From assembly GCA_049512075.1 (NCBI GenBank), contig JBEKXL010000008.1:1-64000 (forward strand): DNA of 64,000 nt, written 5' to 3'. Origin of the DNA: Candidatus Bathyarchaeia archaeon. GTDB lineage: Archaea > Thermoproteota > Bathyarchaeia > Bathyarchaeales > Bathycorpusculaceae. The translations under genes and the position numbers were made by a program. Positions 1 to 9,476 of this stretch are shown piece by piece. The first letter of the stretch is position 1. Each line of letters begins with the position of its first letter. Under the pieces are notes generated by a model. That model was not told the origin of the DNA, made no database searches, and was given only the letters and a program-made list of their open reading frames with translations.

Positions 1-64
1 CCCGGCCTCCATCTCCAAGGTTATCTCCACATTTTCGTAACACACGCTCAGTATAAAGGCTTAA

Positions 65-113
65 GTGGGGGAATTCACCGCCCGGGGCAAGCCCCGGGGT
101 TCTCTTCCCCCAC
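65..113. mobile_element. Probable IS200/IS605-family (tnpB-type) terminal hairpin; element would extend off the left edge
   Basis: Nested perfect inverted repeats: GTGGGGGAA(65-73)/TTCCCCCAC(105-113) and CCCGGGGC-AA-GCCCCGGG(81-98). Resembles IS605 subterminal hairpins. A TATA-like TTTATA and possible gene start on the minus strand point out of the window. Confidence 0.45.
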
Positions 114-220
114 ACCCTTGAAATAGACACACACAACGGAATTCTGCCCAACCCTCCGGGAATTATGACAAAAAAAAGGCGCGACGTTCCTCGCTGTCAA
201 ACGACAGCAAGGACGTTACG

Positions 221-418
221 TTACTGTTTCTTCGGTTTCTTCATGTAGGACCATGCTGCAACGATAATGCCGATCAATCCGATGATTCCAACCAGACCCC
301 AGAAGTACCATTTGTTGTCTGTGCTACCATAGATGTTCATGACGAATTTTTGCACTGCACCGAGTATTAGAGCTATGATGATCAGCACTATACCCAAAGC
401 AAGAATCCTCTTATCCAA
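221..418 (-). CDS. Small two-TM membrane protein
   Basis: Two hydrophobic segments and a basic tail; likely TTG start at 418 (MDKRILALG). Confidence 0.7.
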   Translation of the reverse strand: MDKRILALGIVLIIIALILGAVQKFVMNIYGSTDNKWYFWGLVGIIGLIGIIVAAWSYMKKPKKQ

Positions 419-688
419 ATTCTCTTGCCGCCTCCTTTCTAACACTTTACAGATAGGAATGTGGCTCGATGCTTAACCTATTTTAGCTTTTCCATCAAAT
501 GCCTGCGAAAAATCCACTGACGATTGAAACGCGGGTTTAATGAGCCCTGCACTCTCCTACGGTTCGAGAGTGCTTCTTCGACCCCAGTTTATTCTTGGAA
601 CAGGGAGGACACTGTTTTTTGGAAAAGCCGAGGTTGCGATACCTTATTAAAGACAAAGCTGAGGTTAGTTGATGCTGAGGGACAATTT

Positions 689-1918
689 GTGAAAGCGACG
701 CTGATTGACTGTTCCTTCGGCATACTTGCTTTCAACGAAGAAAACGAGCTTATCGAAAAAGTGCTGTTCCAGAAGGAACCTCAGGTGGCGGCCAAAGCCC
801 TTTTGGACATTGAAGCGGGCAAGATGGTTGACGCTGTTCAAAGCATCATGGACACCCTCAGGGACAAAGGCTACGACACCTTTGTCTTCGAGAACCCAAA
901 CCTGGCCAAAACCGTTGAAAAAAGATTCAACATTAGCGTTCAGGTTGACAAGCGTTCGCTGGCCGGAGAACTGGTTCATTCAAAAACTGAAGAAATCGCG
1001 ATAGAAACAGACTTCGTCAAGAACGCCAAGGACTTCGGTTTGTGGATGCACGATTTCATGGTGGAAACCACCAAGCTGCGGGTTAAGGGCGCCGTGGAGA
1101 AAAGAGATTTGGTCGTGGCTCAGGCCATCCAGACTCTCGACGAGTTGGACAAGACGATAAACATGCTCATGGCCCGCGTGAGAGAATGGTATGGGATACA
1201 CTTTCCTGAACTCGACAGGCTATTGGAGAAGCATGAGACTTACGCTCGCTTGGTCGTGGAACTAGGCAGCAAAGAGAATTTCACGGTTGAAAGGCTTGAA
1301 AAAGAACAAGTTCCGAAGGCGAAAGCTGAGGGAATTGCCAAAGTGGCTGAAAAATCTATGGGTGCAGATCTGAGGGACGCGGATCTGGCCCAGATTCAAG
1401 CCCTCTGCAAGGACGTGACTCACCTGTATCAGTTGAGGCAAAGCTTGGAGGGTTACCTTGACTCAACCATGGAGGAGGTCGCCCCCAACACGAAGTACAT
1501 GGTGGGTTCCCTTCTTGGAGCCCGTTTGATAGCAGTGGCTGGAGGTTTGACAAACCTTGCCAAAAGACCTGCAAGCACAATCCAGATACTAGGTGCCGAG
1601 AAAGCCCTGTTCCGTTCACTGAAAACCGGAACAAGGCCGCCAAAGCATGGGATGATCTTCCAGCACACGATGATACACGACGCGAAAAGATGGCAGAGAG
1701 GGAAAATTGCCAGGGCATTAGCGGGCAAGCTGGCTATAGCCACGAGAGTGGACGCCTTCGGAAGAAGGGAAATAGGGGCAGAACTGAAAGCCGGCCTCGA
1801 CAAGCGAATCGACGAAATCCACCAGAAATACGATCAGCCTCCGCCCATGCCAGTTGTGAAACCTAGGAGTGGAAAGCCTAGAAAGGACAAGTGGGGAAAG
1901 CATAGGCGTGAACGTTAA
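689..1918 (+). CDS. nop5: C/D box sRNP protein Nop5 (aNop56/58)
   Basis: REWYGIHFPEL, PASTIQILGAEKALFR and PPKHGMIFQH Nop-domain motifs; likely GTG start at 689; upstream of fibrillarin. Confidence 0.97.
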   Translation: MKATLIDCSFGILAFNEENELIEKVLFQKEPQVAAKALLDIEAGKMVDAVQSIMDTLRDKGYDTFVFENPNLAKTVEKRFNISVQVDKRSLAGELVHSKTEEIAIETDFVKNAKDFGLWMHDFMVETTKLRVKGAVEKRDLVVAQAIQTLDELDKTINMLMARVREWYGIHFPELDRLLEKHETYARLVVELGSKENFTVERLEKEQVPKAKAEGIAKVAEKSMGADLRDADLAQIQALCKDVTHLYQLRQSLEGYLDSTMEEVAPNTKYMVGSLLGARLIAVAGGLTNLAKRPASTIQILGAEKALFRSLKTGTRPPKHGMIFQHTMIHDAKRWQRGKIARALAGKLAIATRVDAFGRREIGAELKAGLDKRIDEIHQKYDQPPPMPVVKPRSGKPRKDKWGKHRRER

Positions 1919-2603
1919 GGTTAAGCCACATCCTCTTTTTCAAGCCGTATACCAAGTCATTCTTGAAGACGGTGCACAAAGACTCGCGACGAAGAACCTG
2001 TCCCCTGGAAGAAGTGTTTACGGAGAGAGGCTTGTCAAGTATGAACGCGTGGAGTATCGAGTTTGGGACGCGTTCAGAAGCAAACTCGCCGCCGCGATTC
2101 TGAAGGGTTTAGAAACGGTCCCAATAAAACCGGGGCACACAGTCCTCTATCTGGGGGCAGCTTCAGGCACAACGGCCAGCCACGTTTCAGACATAATAGG
2201 CGAAAAAGGCCATGTGTACTGTGTGGAGTTCGCCTCAAGATCGATGAGGGATCTAGTGGATAACGTGTGCAATTACAGGCTTAACATGTCGCCCATTCTC
2301 GAAGATGCACGTTTTCCAGAGAAATACGCGATGTTCCTCACCAGAAAGGTTGATGACATCTACTGCGACATAGCCCAGTCTGAGCAGGCAAAGGTCTTGG
2401 CAGACAACGCCGACCGGTTCCTCAAGAATTCAGGATGGATAATGCTGGCTGTGAAATCCCAAAGCATAGATGTGACGAAGGAGCCATCAGAGATCTACAA
2501 GCGCGAGGTCAAGGTGCTGGAAAAACGCGGTTTCCGCGCAGAACAGATCGTGCACCTAGAACCCTACGACAAGGCGCACGCGATGATAGTGGCTCAAGAC
2601 TGA
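1908..2603 (+). CDS. flpA: Fibrillarin-like rRNA/tRNA 2'-O-methyltransferase
   Basis: VYGE, EYRVWDAFRSKLAAAI, VLYLGAASGTTASHVSDI, LEPYDKAH motifs. Confidence 0.98.
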   Translation: MNVKVKPHPLFQAVYQVILEDGAQRLATKNLSPGRSVYGERLVKYERVEYRVWDAFRSKLAAAILKGLETVPIKPGHTVLYLGAASGTTASHVSDIIGEKGHVYCVEFASRSMRDLVDNVCNYRLNMSPILEDARFPEKYAMFLTRKVDDIYCDIAQSEQAKVLADNADRFLKNSGWIMLAVKSQSIDVTKEPSEIYKREVKVLEKRGFRAEQIVHLEPYDKAHAMIVAQD

Positions 2604-2849
2604 AGACAACCTGAGAAGCTAGCAAGCCCATATCCACTGCTGTTATGAAAGAGATTATCTTCAACACATTCTGGCAATCCTTGTTTTCCATTTTGCCCAC
2701 ATTCACGGTCTTGGCTTGTTGCATTTGATTCTGAAACGGCTCGGCAGCGTAATATATACACCCTGTGTTTAACCGCAGGAAATCTTCCAACGTGATACTC
2801 ATCATATAGTTTATATCCTTCACTGCGCTGGGTCTTTCGTGGCGATTCT

Positions 2850-3800
2850 ATGGCTTACTGGGGGAAAGAGAGCTTGACAGCCGCAGAATCCACACTCAGA
2901 GAAGCTGGGTTTGTTGTTTCCGAACCTTGTCGTTCGCGGCCGAGCTGCTTCGACCTTGTAGCCCGAAAAGGTGAATCCGTCGTTTTCATGAGAGTTCAAC
3001 CCGACATCGGAAGCTTGTCAACAAGTGATTCAACAGAGTTGAAAGCAATATCTGAAAGCTTCTCAGCGCCTTGCCTTTTGATAGGCGAGGAAGCGCGTGA
3101 AAAACCGCTGCAAGACGACACGGTCTACACGAGACATGACATTCTGGCCGTCACTCCGAGAACCTTCGAGAACGTCGTGGTTCACAACATACGTCCACTG
3201 ATTCAAGCCAATCCAGGCGGCTACTACGTCGAGATCGACGGCGAGGCACTGAAGCAGAGAAGACAAGAGCTTGGATTGTCAGCCGGCGAAGTGGGTGAAA
3301 TGGTGAGCACGTCTCGAAGAACTATCTACGGATACGAGAGGGGTATGGCGAAAGCCTCAGTGGCGGCAGCTTATAACTTGATTTGGGCGCTGGGAATCCC
3401 CGTCGCAAAATCGGTGAACATTCTTGAGAAACCAGAGAATCAACGAAAATCATGCGTGCTGACAACAGCGAGGCTCATGCTCGCAAGGAACAGGATCCTC
3501 AACAAGCTTTTCGGAAGGTATGTCCACTATCATGTCACAGCCGTCAAGAGAGCACCATTCGATTTCGTAATAAGCGATCCCAAAAAGAGAATAAGGATAA
3601 TCGGAGGCATCGCAAGTAGAAAAGAACCGGAACTTGACACAAGGGTGGACGAAATACTGAGTGTCAGCAGAGTCACGCGGGCACGTCCAATACTCATAAC
3701 GGAGGGGCAGCAGCAACTGGAAAAAGACATCCCGTGCATCAGCAGCGAAGACGTTTCCAGAATCAAAAACCCCGAAGATCTGATTGCAAGCGTCAGATAA
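2850..3800 (+). CDS. Archaeal HTH transcriptional regulator (COG1395-like)
   Basis: RPSCFDLVAR N-terminus, PGGYYVEIDGE followed by Cro-type HTH (SRRTIYGYERG). Confidence 0.88.
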   Translation: MAYWGKESLTAAESTLREAGFVVSEPCRSRPSCFDLVARKGESVVFMRVQPDIGSLSTSDSTELKAISESFSAPCLLIGEEAREKPLQDDTVYTRHDILAVTPRTFENVVVHNIRPLIQANPGGYYVEIDGEALKQRRQELGLSAGEVGEMVSTSRRTIYGYERGMAKASVAAAYNLIWALGIPVAKSVNILEKPENQRKSCVLTTARLMLARNRILNKLFGRYVHYHVTAVKRAPFDFVISDPKKRIRIIGGIASRKEPELDTRVDEILSVSRVTRARPILITEGQQQLEKDIPCISSEDVSRIKNPEDLIASVR

Positions 3801-4455
3801 GCCTTTTCTGCTCAGAACCCTTCTGGTCTCGAACTCTCTTGGCCGGTTTCCACGATTTTCTCACAAAGTCCGGATACTCCTCCAGTTCTTCGCAGCACTC
3901 TTTCAGAAAGCTCATAGTTCTTGGATCCGAGGGGTACCCAGATCCAAAATCTCCCAAAGTCTTCCCCAGTTCTGCAATCTCCTTGTCTCTTTCCACCTTC
4001 GCAATTATCGAAGCCGCCGATACGGCAACGTAGTTTCTGTCAGCCTTGTGCTCCGAAACGATGTCAACCTTGTAAGACATGCACTCCAAAATGTGTTGCT
4101 TAAACCGCTCTTCCAAAACATCAGACGCGTCAACATAAGCCAGGTCCGGCCTGAGCGCCTCTATAACCCTGGCCATCGTCTGCGCCTCCAGATAATTCAG
4201 CTTGTGAAGTTTCCTGCCACTGTTAACCACGACATCGATTTCTCGTGGCGAAAGCTTCACCACATTGAATTTCACAGCAATCCTTCTAATTTCAACAGCA
4301 AGAATCTCACGTCTATGCGGCGACAGCAGCTTCGAATCCTTGACTCCCAATTCCTTGAGCTTCGGCAAATCCTCTTCTTTGACCAGAACTCCGGCGATAA
4401 CCAACGGCCCTATAACGGCGCCGCGCCCCGCGTCGTCCACACCGGCAACTAACAT
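3793..4455 (-). CDS. rnhB: Ribonuclease HII
   Basis: GVDDAGRGAVIGPLV, VKDSKLL, VSAASIIAKVERD, GSGYPSDP. Confidence 0.97.
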   Translation of the reverse strand: MLVAGVDDAGRGAVIGPLVIAGVLVKEEDLPKLKELGVKDSKLLSPHRREILAVEIRRIAVKFNVVKLSPREIDVVVNSGRKLHKLNYLEAQTMARVIEALRPDLAYVDASDVLEERFKQHILECMSYKVDIVSEHKADRNYVAVSAASIIAKVERDKEIAELGKTLGDFGSGYPSDPRTMSFLKECCEELEEYPDFVRKSWKPAKRVRDQKGSEQKRLI

Positions 4456-4508
4456 CCGAACCCTTCTCTTCTTTCAATGGCCTATCTGAACTTCAAAGTT
4501 ATAATGCT

Positions 4509-5066
4509 TTATTCTCCAGCAGTCCCAGAGAGGAAGGCAACAGCTTCTTTAAGCACTAGTACGGGCAAGTTCTCCCTGTTTTCCACGGTGACCAGATGTA
4601 CTTCAGCGTCGTCCCTTCCTTTTACTCTGTCTATCAGTGTATCCGCTGCCTTCCAATGGACGACGCCTACTAGCAGCTTCAGACTTTCAGCAGCCTTCAA
4701 GACAGCCTCCCTGAACTTCCTAGAATGAAGCTCCATCGGCCCGATTTCATCTATTACGATCACATCAGACCTCGTGACCGCACTCATTATCGCTTCCACG
4801 CCGATGGCTTCAAGATCTCCAACGTTCACCCGGTACCTCCCAACTTGTGGACCCTCCTTCTGAGCCACGTGCGCAAGCCAACCCTTTCTCCCCGTTTTCA
4901 GGTTCAGGATTTCGAACCCCACCCTATCACGTCCCACCCGAACCTCTCGACTCACCATGCCGCCCACATTGTAGCCCTTAGCCTTCAAAGATTCAACGAT
5001 TCTCAGCATAAGCGATGTCTTCCCCACCCCTGGACTGCCAGTTAACAGCAATACCCTCTTCCTCAA
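4509..5066 (-). CDS. Nucleoside-triphosphatase (THEP1/COG1618)
   Basis: TGSPGVGKTS Walker A, GRYRVN, VIDEIGPMEL. Confidence 0.93.
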   Translation of the reverse strand: MRKRVLLLTGSPGVGKTSLMLRIVESLKAKGYNVGGMVSREVRVGRDRVGFEILNLKTGRKGWLAHVAQKEGPQVGRYRVNVGDLEAIGVEAIMSAVTRSDVIVIDEIGPMELHSRKFREAVLKAAESLKLLVGVVHWKAADTLIDRVKGRDDAEVHLVTVENRENLPVLVLKEAVAFLSGTAGE

Positions 5067-5143
5067 CCGCCCGCTCTCCAACCAGAAGTCTAATATTGGC
5101 CTAAAAGGGTTTTTCATACCCTTGACCAGGAAACAATTGAATC

Positions 5144-6382
5144 ATGCACAACGAGGATTTGACGTCGGATTTTCCAACAGAAACAATCAAAGAAGGCAAC
5201 GTGAAGGCCCTTGTCCCGAAGCTTGAAGCCTTTGTAAGGCTACCCTCCGACTACGCGCCTTCAAAAGCCCCCGTTTTCTACAACCCAGTCATGGAATTGA
5301 ACCGTGACTTAGCGGTTCTGGCTCTGCAGGCCTATCAAAGAACAGTCAGCCATGAAATCGCCGTGTGTGAACCCCTGACCGCCTGCGGGCTTAGAGGCAT
5401 TCGTTTCGCAGTCGAAGTGGAAGGCGTCAAGAAGGTGGTAATGAACGACATAAGCGAAAAAGCCTTTCGTCTCGCCAGCTTCAACGTGCAATCAAACGGA
5501 GTGACCAGAAAGGCAACTGTGAAGCATGAGGAAGCAAACCTTCTTCTGAGCCGCTACAGCGCACCGTACAGGCGATTCGACGCAATGGACATTGATCCCT
5601 TCGGCTCCCCAGTGCGCTTCCTTGACTCTGCCCTCCGAGCCTTGCGGGACGGAGGCTTCATAGCCATGACAGCAACAGACATGGCACCATTGTGCGGAGT
5701 GCATCCAAGGGCATGCATGAGGAAGTACGGTGGAAAACCCTTGAGAACAGAATACTGCCACGAACTGGCCGTGAGACTCTTGGCCGGTTGCTTGGCCACA
5801 ACGGCAGCAAAGCAAGACATCGGCGTAAACGTGGTCTTCAGCCACCGAGCAGAACACTATGTCAGAACCTGTGCGACGACAAAATACGGCGCCAAAAACG
5901 CTGATGAAAGCCTCAAAAACATGGGATACGTGTTACACTGCTTCAAGTGTTTCCACAGAGAAAAAGAGAGCATGTTTGCAGTTCAACGTTCAGACAGATG
6001 CAGCGAATGCGGCTCAAAACTCAACATCGCCGGGCCACTGTGGCTTGGCAGACTGTTTGATTCGCGATTCGTTGAACTCATGGAAAACGAAGCCAACCAG
6101 CGAAAACTTGGGCTTGGGAGGAAAATACAGAGAATGCTTGCCATAATCAAAACTGAAGTCGAGGCACCAATTACTTATTACGTAGTGGACAAGTTGTGCG
6201 ACTCCTTGAACCTTCCTGTCCCACCAGTCAAAAAGGTGATTGAAGCCTTGACAAGAGAGGGCTTTCAAGCCTCTCCAACGCACTTCAGTTCACGCGGGAT
6301 AAGGTCAAATGCGCCTGCTTTCAAATTAAGAGAAATCCTGCCCAGCCTGGTAAAACAGAGCATCAAGCAGAATCGAGTTTGA
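5144..6382 (+). CDS. trm1: tRNA (guanine-26,N2)-dimethyltransferase
   Basis: VFYNPVMELNRD, GLRGIRFAVE, DIDPFGSP, TATDMAPLCG, GPLWLG, PTHFS. Confidence 0.97.
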   Translation: MHNEDLTSDFPTETIKEGNVKALVPKLEAFVRLPSDYAPSKAPVFYNPVMELNRDLAVLALQAYQRTVSHEIAVCEPLTACGLRGIRFAVEVEGVKKVVMNDISEKAFRLASFNVQSNGVTRKATVKHEEANLLLSRYSAPYRRFDAMDIDPFGSPVRFLDSALRALRDGGFIAMTATDMAPLCGVHPRACMRKYGGKPLRTEYCHELAVRLLAGCLATTAAKQDIGVNVVFSHRAEHYVRTCATTKYGAKNADESLKNMGYVLHCFKCFHREKESMFAVQRSDRCSECGSKLNIAGPLWLGRLFDSRFVELMENEANQRKLGLGRKIQRMLAIIKTEVEAPITYYVVDKLCDSLNLPVPPVKKVIEALTREGFQASPTHFSSRGIRSNAPAFKLREILPSLVKQSIKQNRV

Positions 6383-6481
6383 TCTTGACTTGACACATCT
6401 ATTTTCAGCGCGCGCTGCTAATTCAAGTATGTTGAAGCACCTTTTGCATCATAGCCTTTCAAAGTCGCTCCCCTTTTTCAC

Positions 6482-6587
6482 TTGTAATGTCAGATGTAAT
6501 CTGTATTGTTACAAACCATGAAGGAAAACAGGCTGGACTACCGTTCAGAGTGGACTCAGCCCTTTTATTTGTAATGTCAGATGTAAT
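6482..6587. repeat. 19-bp direct repeat TTGTAATGTCAGATGTAAT x2
   Basis: Exact copies at 6482-6500 and 6569-6587 in intergenic DNA. Confidence 0.85.
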
Positions 6588-6609
6588 TTTCAATGTAATA
6601 GTCAGGGAC

Positions 6610-6686
6610 TGTAGGTGGTTTTGCCCGTGGCACAAAGCCAGAATGGTGGGTTCGGGCAGGCTTACTTCGCCGTTGCCGTCTACGTC
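6610..6686 (-). pseudogene. Degenerate dockerin-repeat remnant
   Basis: Translates DVDGNGEVSLPEPTILALCHGQNH, alignable to DLNDDGKVSLSDLSILAKSYNQHY of the 43970-45133 protein. Confidence 0.5.
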
Positions 6687-6867
6687 GCGCGCGCTGACGC
6701 AGCAGAAAGCTTGCACTTTGCCGCTATCTGATTCATTGCCAAAGGTTAAATAGAAAAATGCTCATGTACGGTTCTAGAGGATTTAGGGAAAGGCAAGTTT
6801 TTCCTTTCTCCATTGCCTTTTCCCTCTATCCTTCTCTAGCGCGCGTGGAAGTCGATAGTGCGTGCGT

Positions 6868-7635
6868 TTATTCCATAATCTCGATGTCTTCAAGCTGTCC
6901 AAGATTCATAGCCTGAGCCGTCTTCACGATGCCGAAATCTATCTTCCTCGATGGCAGCAAAATCATCGCTTCTATCGAGTCTAGTCCTAATTCTCTAGTC
7001 CGGAGTGACCTTGCATGCCCGTCTAGGATGTAGCATTTTTCTTGGTAGCGAATGCAGACTATTGGTACTAATACCATCTTTATCGCCTCAATCTGCTTCT
7101 TTCCAACATGGGATTGTGTTGGCACCAGATCCTTAAGGTCAATCTTCTCTTTGCTGAGGTAGAATGGCACGTTATAGATAGCTTCATAATGCTCTACAAT
7201 TGACAGGATACGCTGCCAAGCCTTCAGAATAGGGTCTTCTATAGGGCTTATGTCTTTGATTCGAAGGTCTTCAAGTGGGTGCCTTGAAATTTCCCTGTAA
7301 CTCGTACCTTCAGGAAACCTCAACACGTACGCTTTCATGGTTCTATGCATGAGTTTTTTCAGTATGAATGCACGATGATGGCCATCCAAGACAAAATAGT
7401 CCCTGCCATTGTTCACAACTGTTATTGGTACGTCGTAATTCTCTTCGACAGTCTTCTTGAAGACCAAAGCAAGCTTGTCGTTCTCTAGAAAATCCTCTGT
7501 CGGATATACTCGTTCAAGAGGAATCTCCTCGAGATCGACGCATAGCTTGACTTGATAGATGATTTCTAGGCTCTTGACTATGCCGTTGACTCTTCTCGAA
7601 AGATCTTTCCAGTTTGCCAGTTCTATATCCCGCAT
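6868..7635 (-). CDS. Protein with two tandem ParB/sulfiredoxin-like domains
   Basis: PTE...VPITV...YFVLDGHHR and PTQ...VPIVC...YILDGHAR. Confidence 0.8.
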   Translation of the reverse strand: MRDIELANWKDLSRRVNGIVKSLEIIYQVKLCVDLEEIPLERVYPTEDFLENDKLALVFKKTVEENYDVPITVVNNGRDYFVLDGHHRAFILKKLMHRTMKAYVLRFPEGTSYREISRHPLEDLRIKDISPIEDPILKAWQRILSIVEHYEAIYNVPFYLSKEKIDLKDLVPTQSHVGKKQIEAIKMVLVPIVCIRYQEKCYILDGHARSLRTRELGLDSIEAMILLPSRKIDFGIVKTAQAMNLGQLEDIEIME

Positions 7636-7913
7636 TAATCCTACACATCTTCAAGCAGTCGCATCCTCTTATGTCTCTTGAACCTCTAATACTTTGTTCG
7701 CGCGCTAGATTATGCATAACGTCAACTGCGAGCATTCCTAAATCCATGATTTCTTCCTTCTCACGTTGATCTAGAGCAATGATGGACTGCAACCATATCT
7801 TGACCTTTTCGTCTGAAAAACGGCCAAGTGAACGAAAGAAGATCATGTGAGAGAAACTACCGTCCTAATTGGTAATTCATATTCCATCTTCATAAGCCAA
7901 TTAAATAGTCTGC

Positions 7914-8192
7914 GTGTTATTGACTCAAAATGGAGGAAGGTTGTTGAGGCAGAATATTTCGCCTAAACACAGAAAAGCACTTGCAAGCAAGATTGGCAAA
8001 GCCCTTAACGAAGACATCAGAATCCTCTCAAAGGAGATGCAGGAAATTCTCGTAGACGACTTGGTTACAGCTCTTTTCAGCAGACTGGATGTCCTAACCC
8101 ACGTGAAGGACGACCAAGCTAGACGTGGCCTAACGATACAATGTTCAAACGAAACTCTTGAAATGGTTCACGGTCATCCGAGACAAAGCTAA
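7914..8192 (+). CDS. Small hypothetical protein
   Basis: Amphipathic helical ORF; GGAGG RBS before a likely internal TTG start. Confidence 0.6.
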   Translation: MLLTQNGGRLLRQNISPKHRKALASKIGKALNEDIRILSKEMQEILVDDLVTALFSRLDVLTHVKDDQARRGLTIQCSNETLEMVHGHPRQS

Positions 8193-8560
8193 GTCTTTAG
8201 AAGAGAAGATCGTTCTCCTTTGCTGGACGCCATTTCAATAAACATGTTGCGGTCAAGTGCGTGTCTCTGAAGGATTAGGCGTTTCGACAAATATTGATAG
8301 CCGCATTCGCACTTGAATCCTGAGAACTCGTTCGAACGTGAGTCTATGATAGGCTCGACTCTTGAGAGCGGCACGCTGCATCTTGCTTGCTGTTTATGTA
8401 TTTTCCATAGTAAGACAAGTTCGTCCAGAGTCAAAGGCTGAGATCTCTTGGCGCGGGTTATAAGCCAGAAGCTGTACCCGCCAAAAACGAACCAGAAAAT
8501 CCACATCAGCACATCTAACATTTGCCCAGTCCACCGCCAGAGTACGCTGAAACTAACCAA
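8189..8560 (-). CDS. Membrane-anchored hypothetical protein with possible Zn site
   Basis: N-terminal TM helix; H..C and CECGY. Confidence 0.65.
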   Translation of the reverse strand: MVSFSVLWRWTGQMLDVLMWIFWFVFGGYSFWLITRAKRSQPLTLDELVLLWKIHKQQARCSVPLSRVEPIIDSRSNEFSGFKCECGYQYLSKRLILQRHALDRNMFIEMASSKGERSSLLKT

Positions 8561-8704
8561 ACCGCGATATTTAACACATGTGAAGCAAGAAAATGGATGA
8601 TCAATATCTAAATCGCATAGTCTTGGACGCCCTCTTCTAGAACGATTGCCTTGAACAATGCAACACAGCAGCGTATCTACAAAGGACCAACGTCCATGAA
8701 CATG

Positions 8705-9181
8705 CTAGATGTTCAGAGAGAGCGACACGTATCTACTCAAGCTCATTAGAGTAGTGCCAGAGGACACTGAAGGGGCAATCATGCCCAGAAAAGCGCCGAC
8801 CACCAGGCCGAATATCACAAACACTACTACAGCCAAAATGGCAATTGCAAGCCCTCCTAGCCACCCTGTCTTGAACGTATGTTTGTATACCCATATCCAA
8901 GCTAGGAACGCTAGGATATAGCCCAAGGTGCTCGCTGCTCCGCCAAGGATTCCTTCAAGAAAGAAGCCCACCCCAGTCAACACTATGAAATAGACTATCG
9001 GCCCCAGCACTGTTGCAGCCATGGCATCTCCTAACGTGGATCTTCCGCCAGTCACGATCTTTCCAGCAAGGTAAACCGGAATTGACACGATTATCCACAG
9101 TATAACAAGGCCTATTATGATCGCGAGCAGACTGAGCAGAGTGATTCCATTTGGAAATATACTTGCCGAAAGCGACATCAT
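8705..9181 (-). CDS. Four-TM membrane protein
   Basis: Multiple hydrophobic helices. Confidence 0.8.
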   Translation of the reverse strand: MMSLSASIFPNGITLLSLLAIIIGLVILWIIVSIPVYLAGKIVTGGRSTLGDAMAATVLGPIVYFIVLTGVGFFLEGILGGAASTLGYILAFLAWIWVYKHTFKTGWLGGLAIAILAVVVFVIFGLVVGAFLGMIAPSVSSGTTLMSLSRYVSLSLNI

Positions 9182-9476
9182 TTCACTCTGTTAATGCCGC
9201 TCTCATTTTATAGCTTTTATTCACAAAACATTCCGTTCAAGGTTGCGAACTTGCCTGTTGATTCGCATCTTCAGAAGACCCAAATTTCGTCAAACAGGAA
9301 AATTAGGTGCGGGATGAAACCTACGCGCGAACCGTCGGCAGCACATGAAACGTGAAGTCGTCCAAGAAGCAAAAGCGAACATAGAAACCCTGAAAAACAG
9401 TAGTTGTTGCCGAAAACGCAGTACATAAGTAACAGATCCCGCAATCTTTTACTAAAAACCATGCTGGGAAGCTGCT

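Noticed and set aside
2509-2823. 104-aa minus-strand ORF
   Set aside because: Overlaps fibrillarin and has no recognisable motif.
6482-6587. Possible mini-CRISPR
   Set aside because: Only two 19-bp repeats with a 68-bp spacer, and no cas genes.
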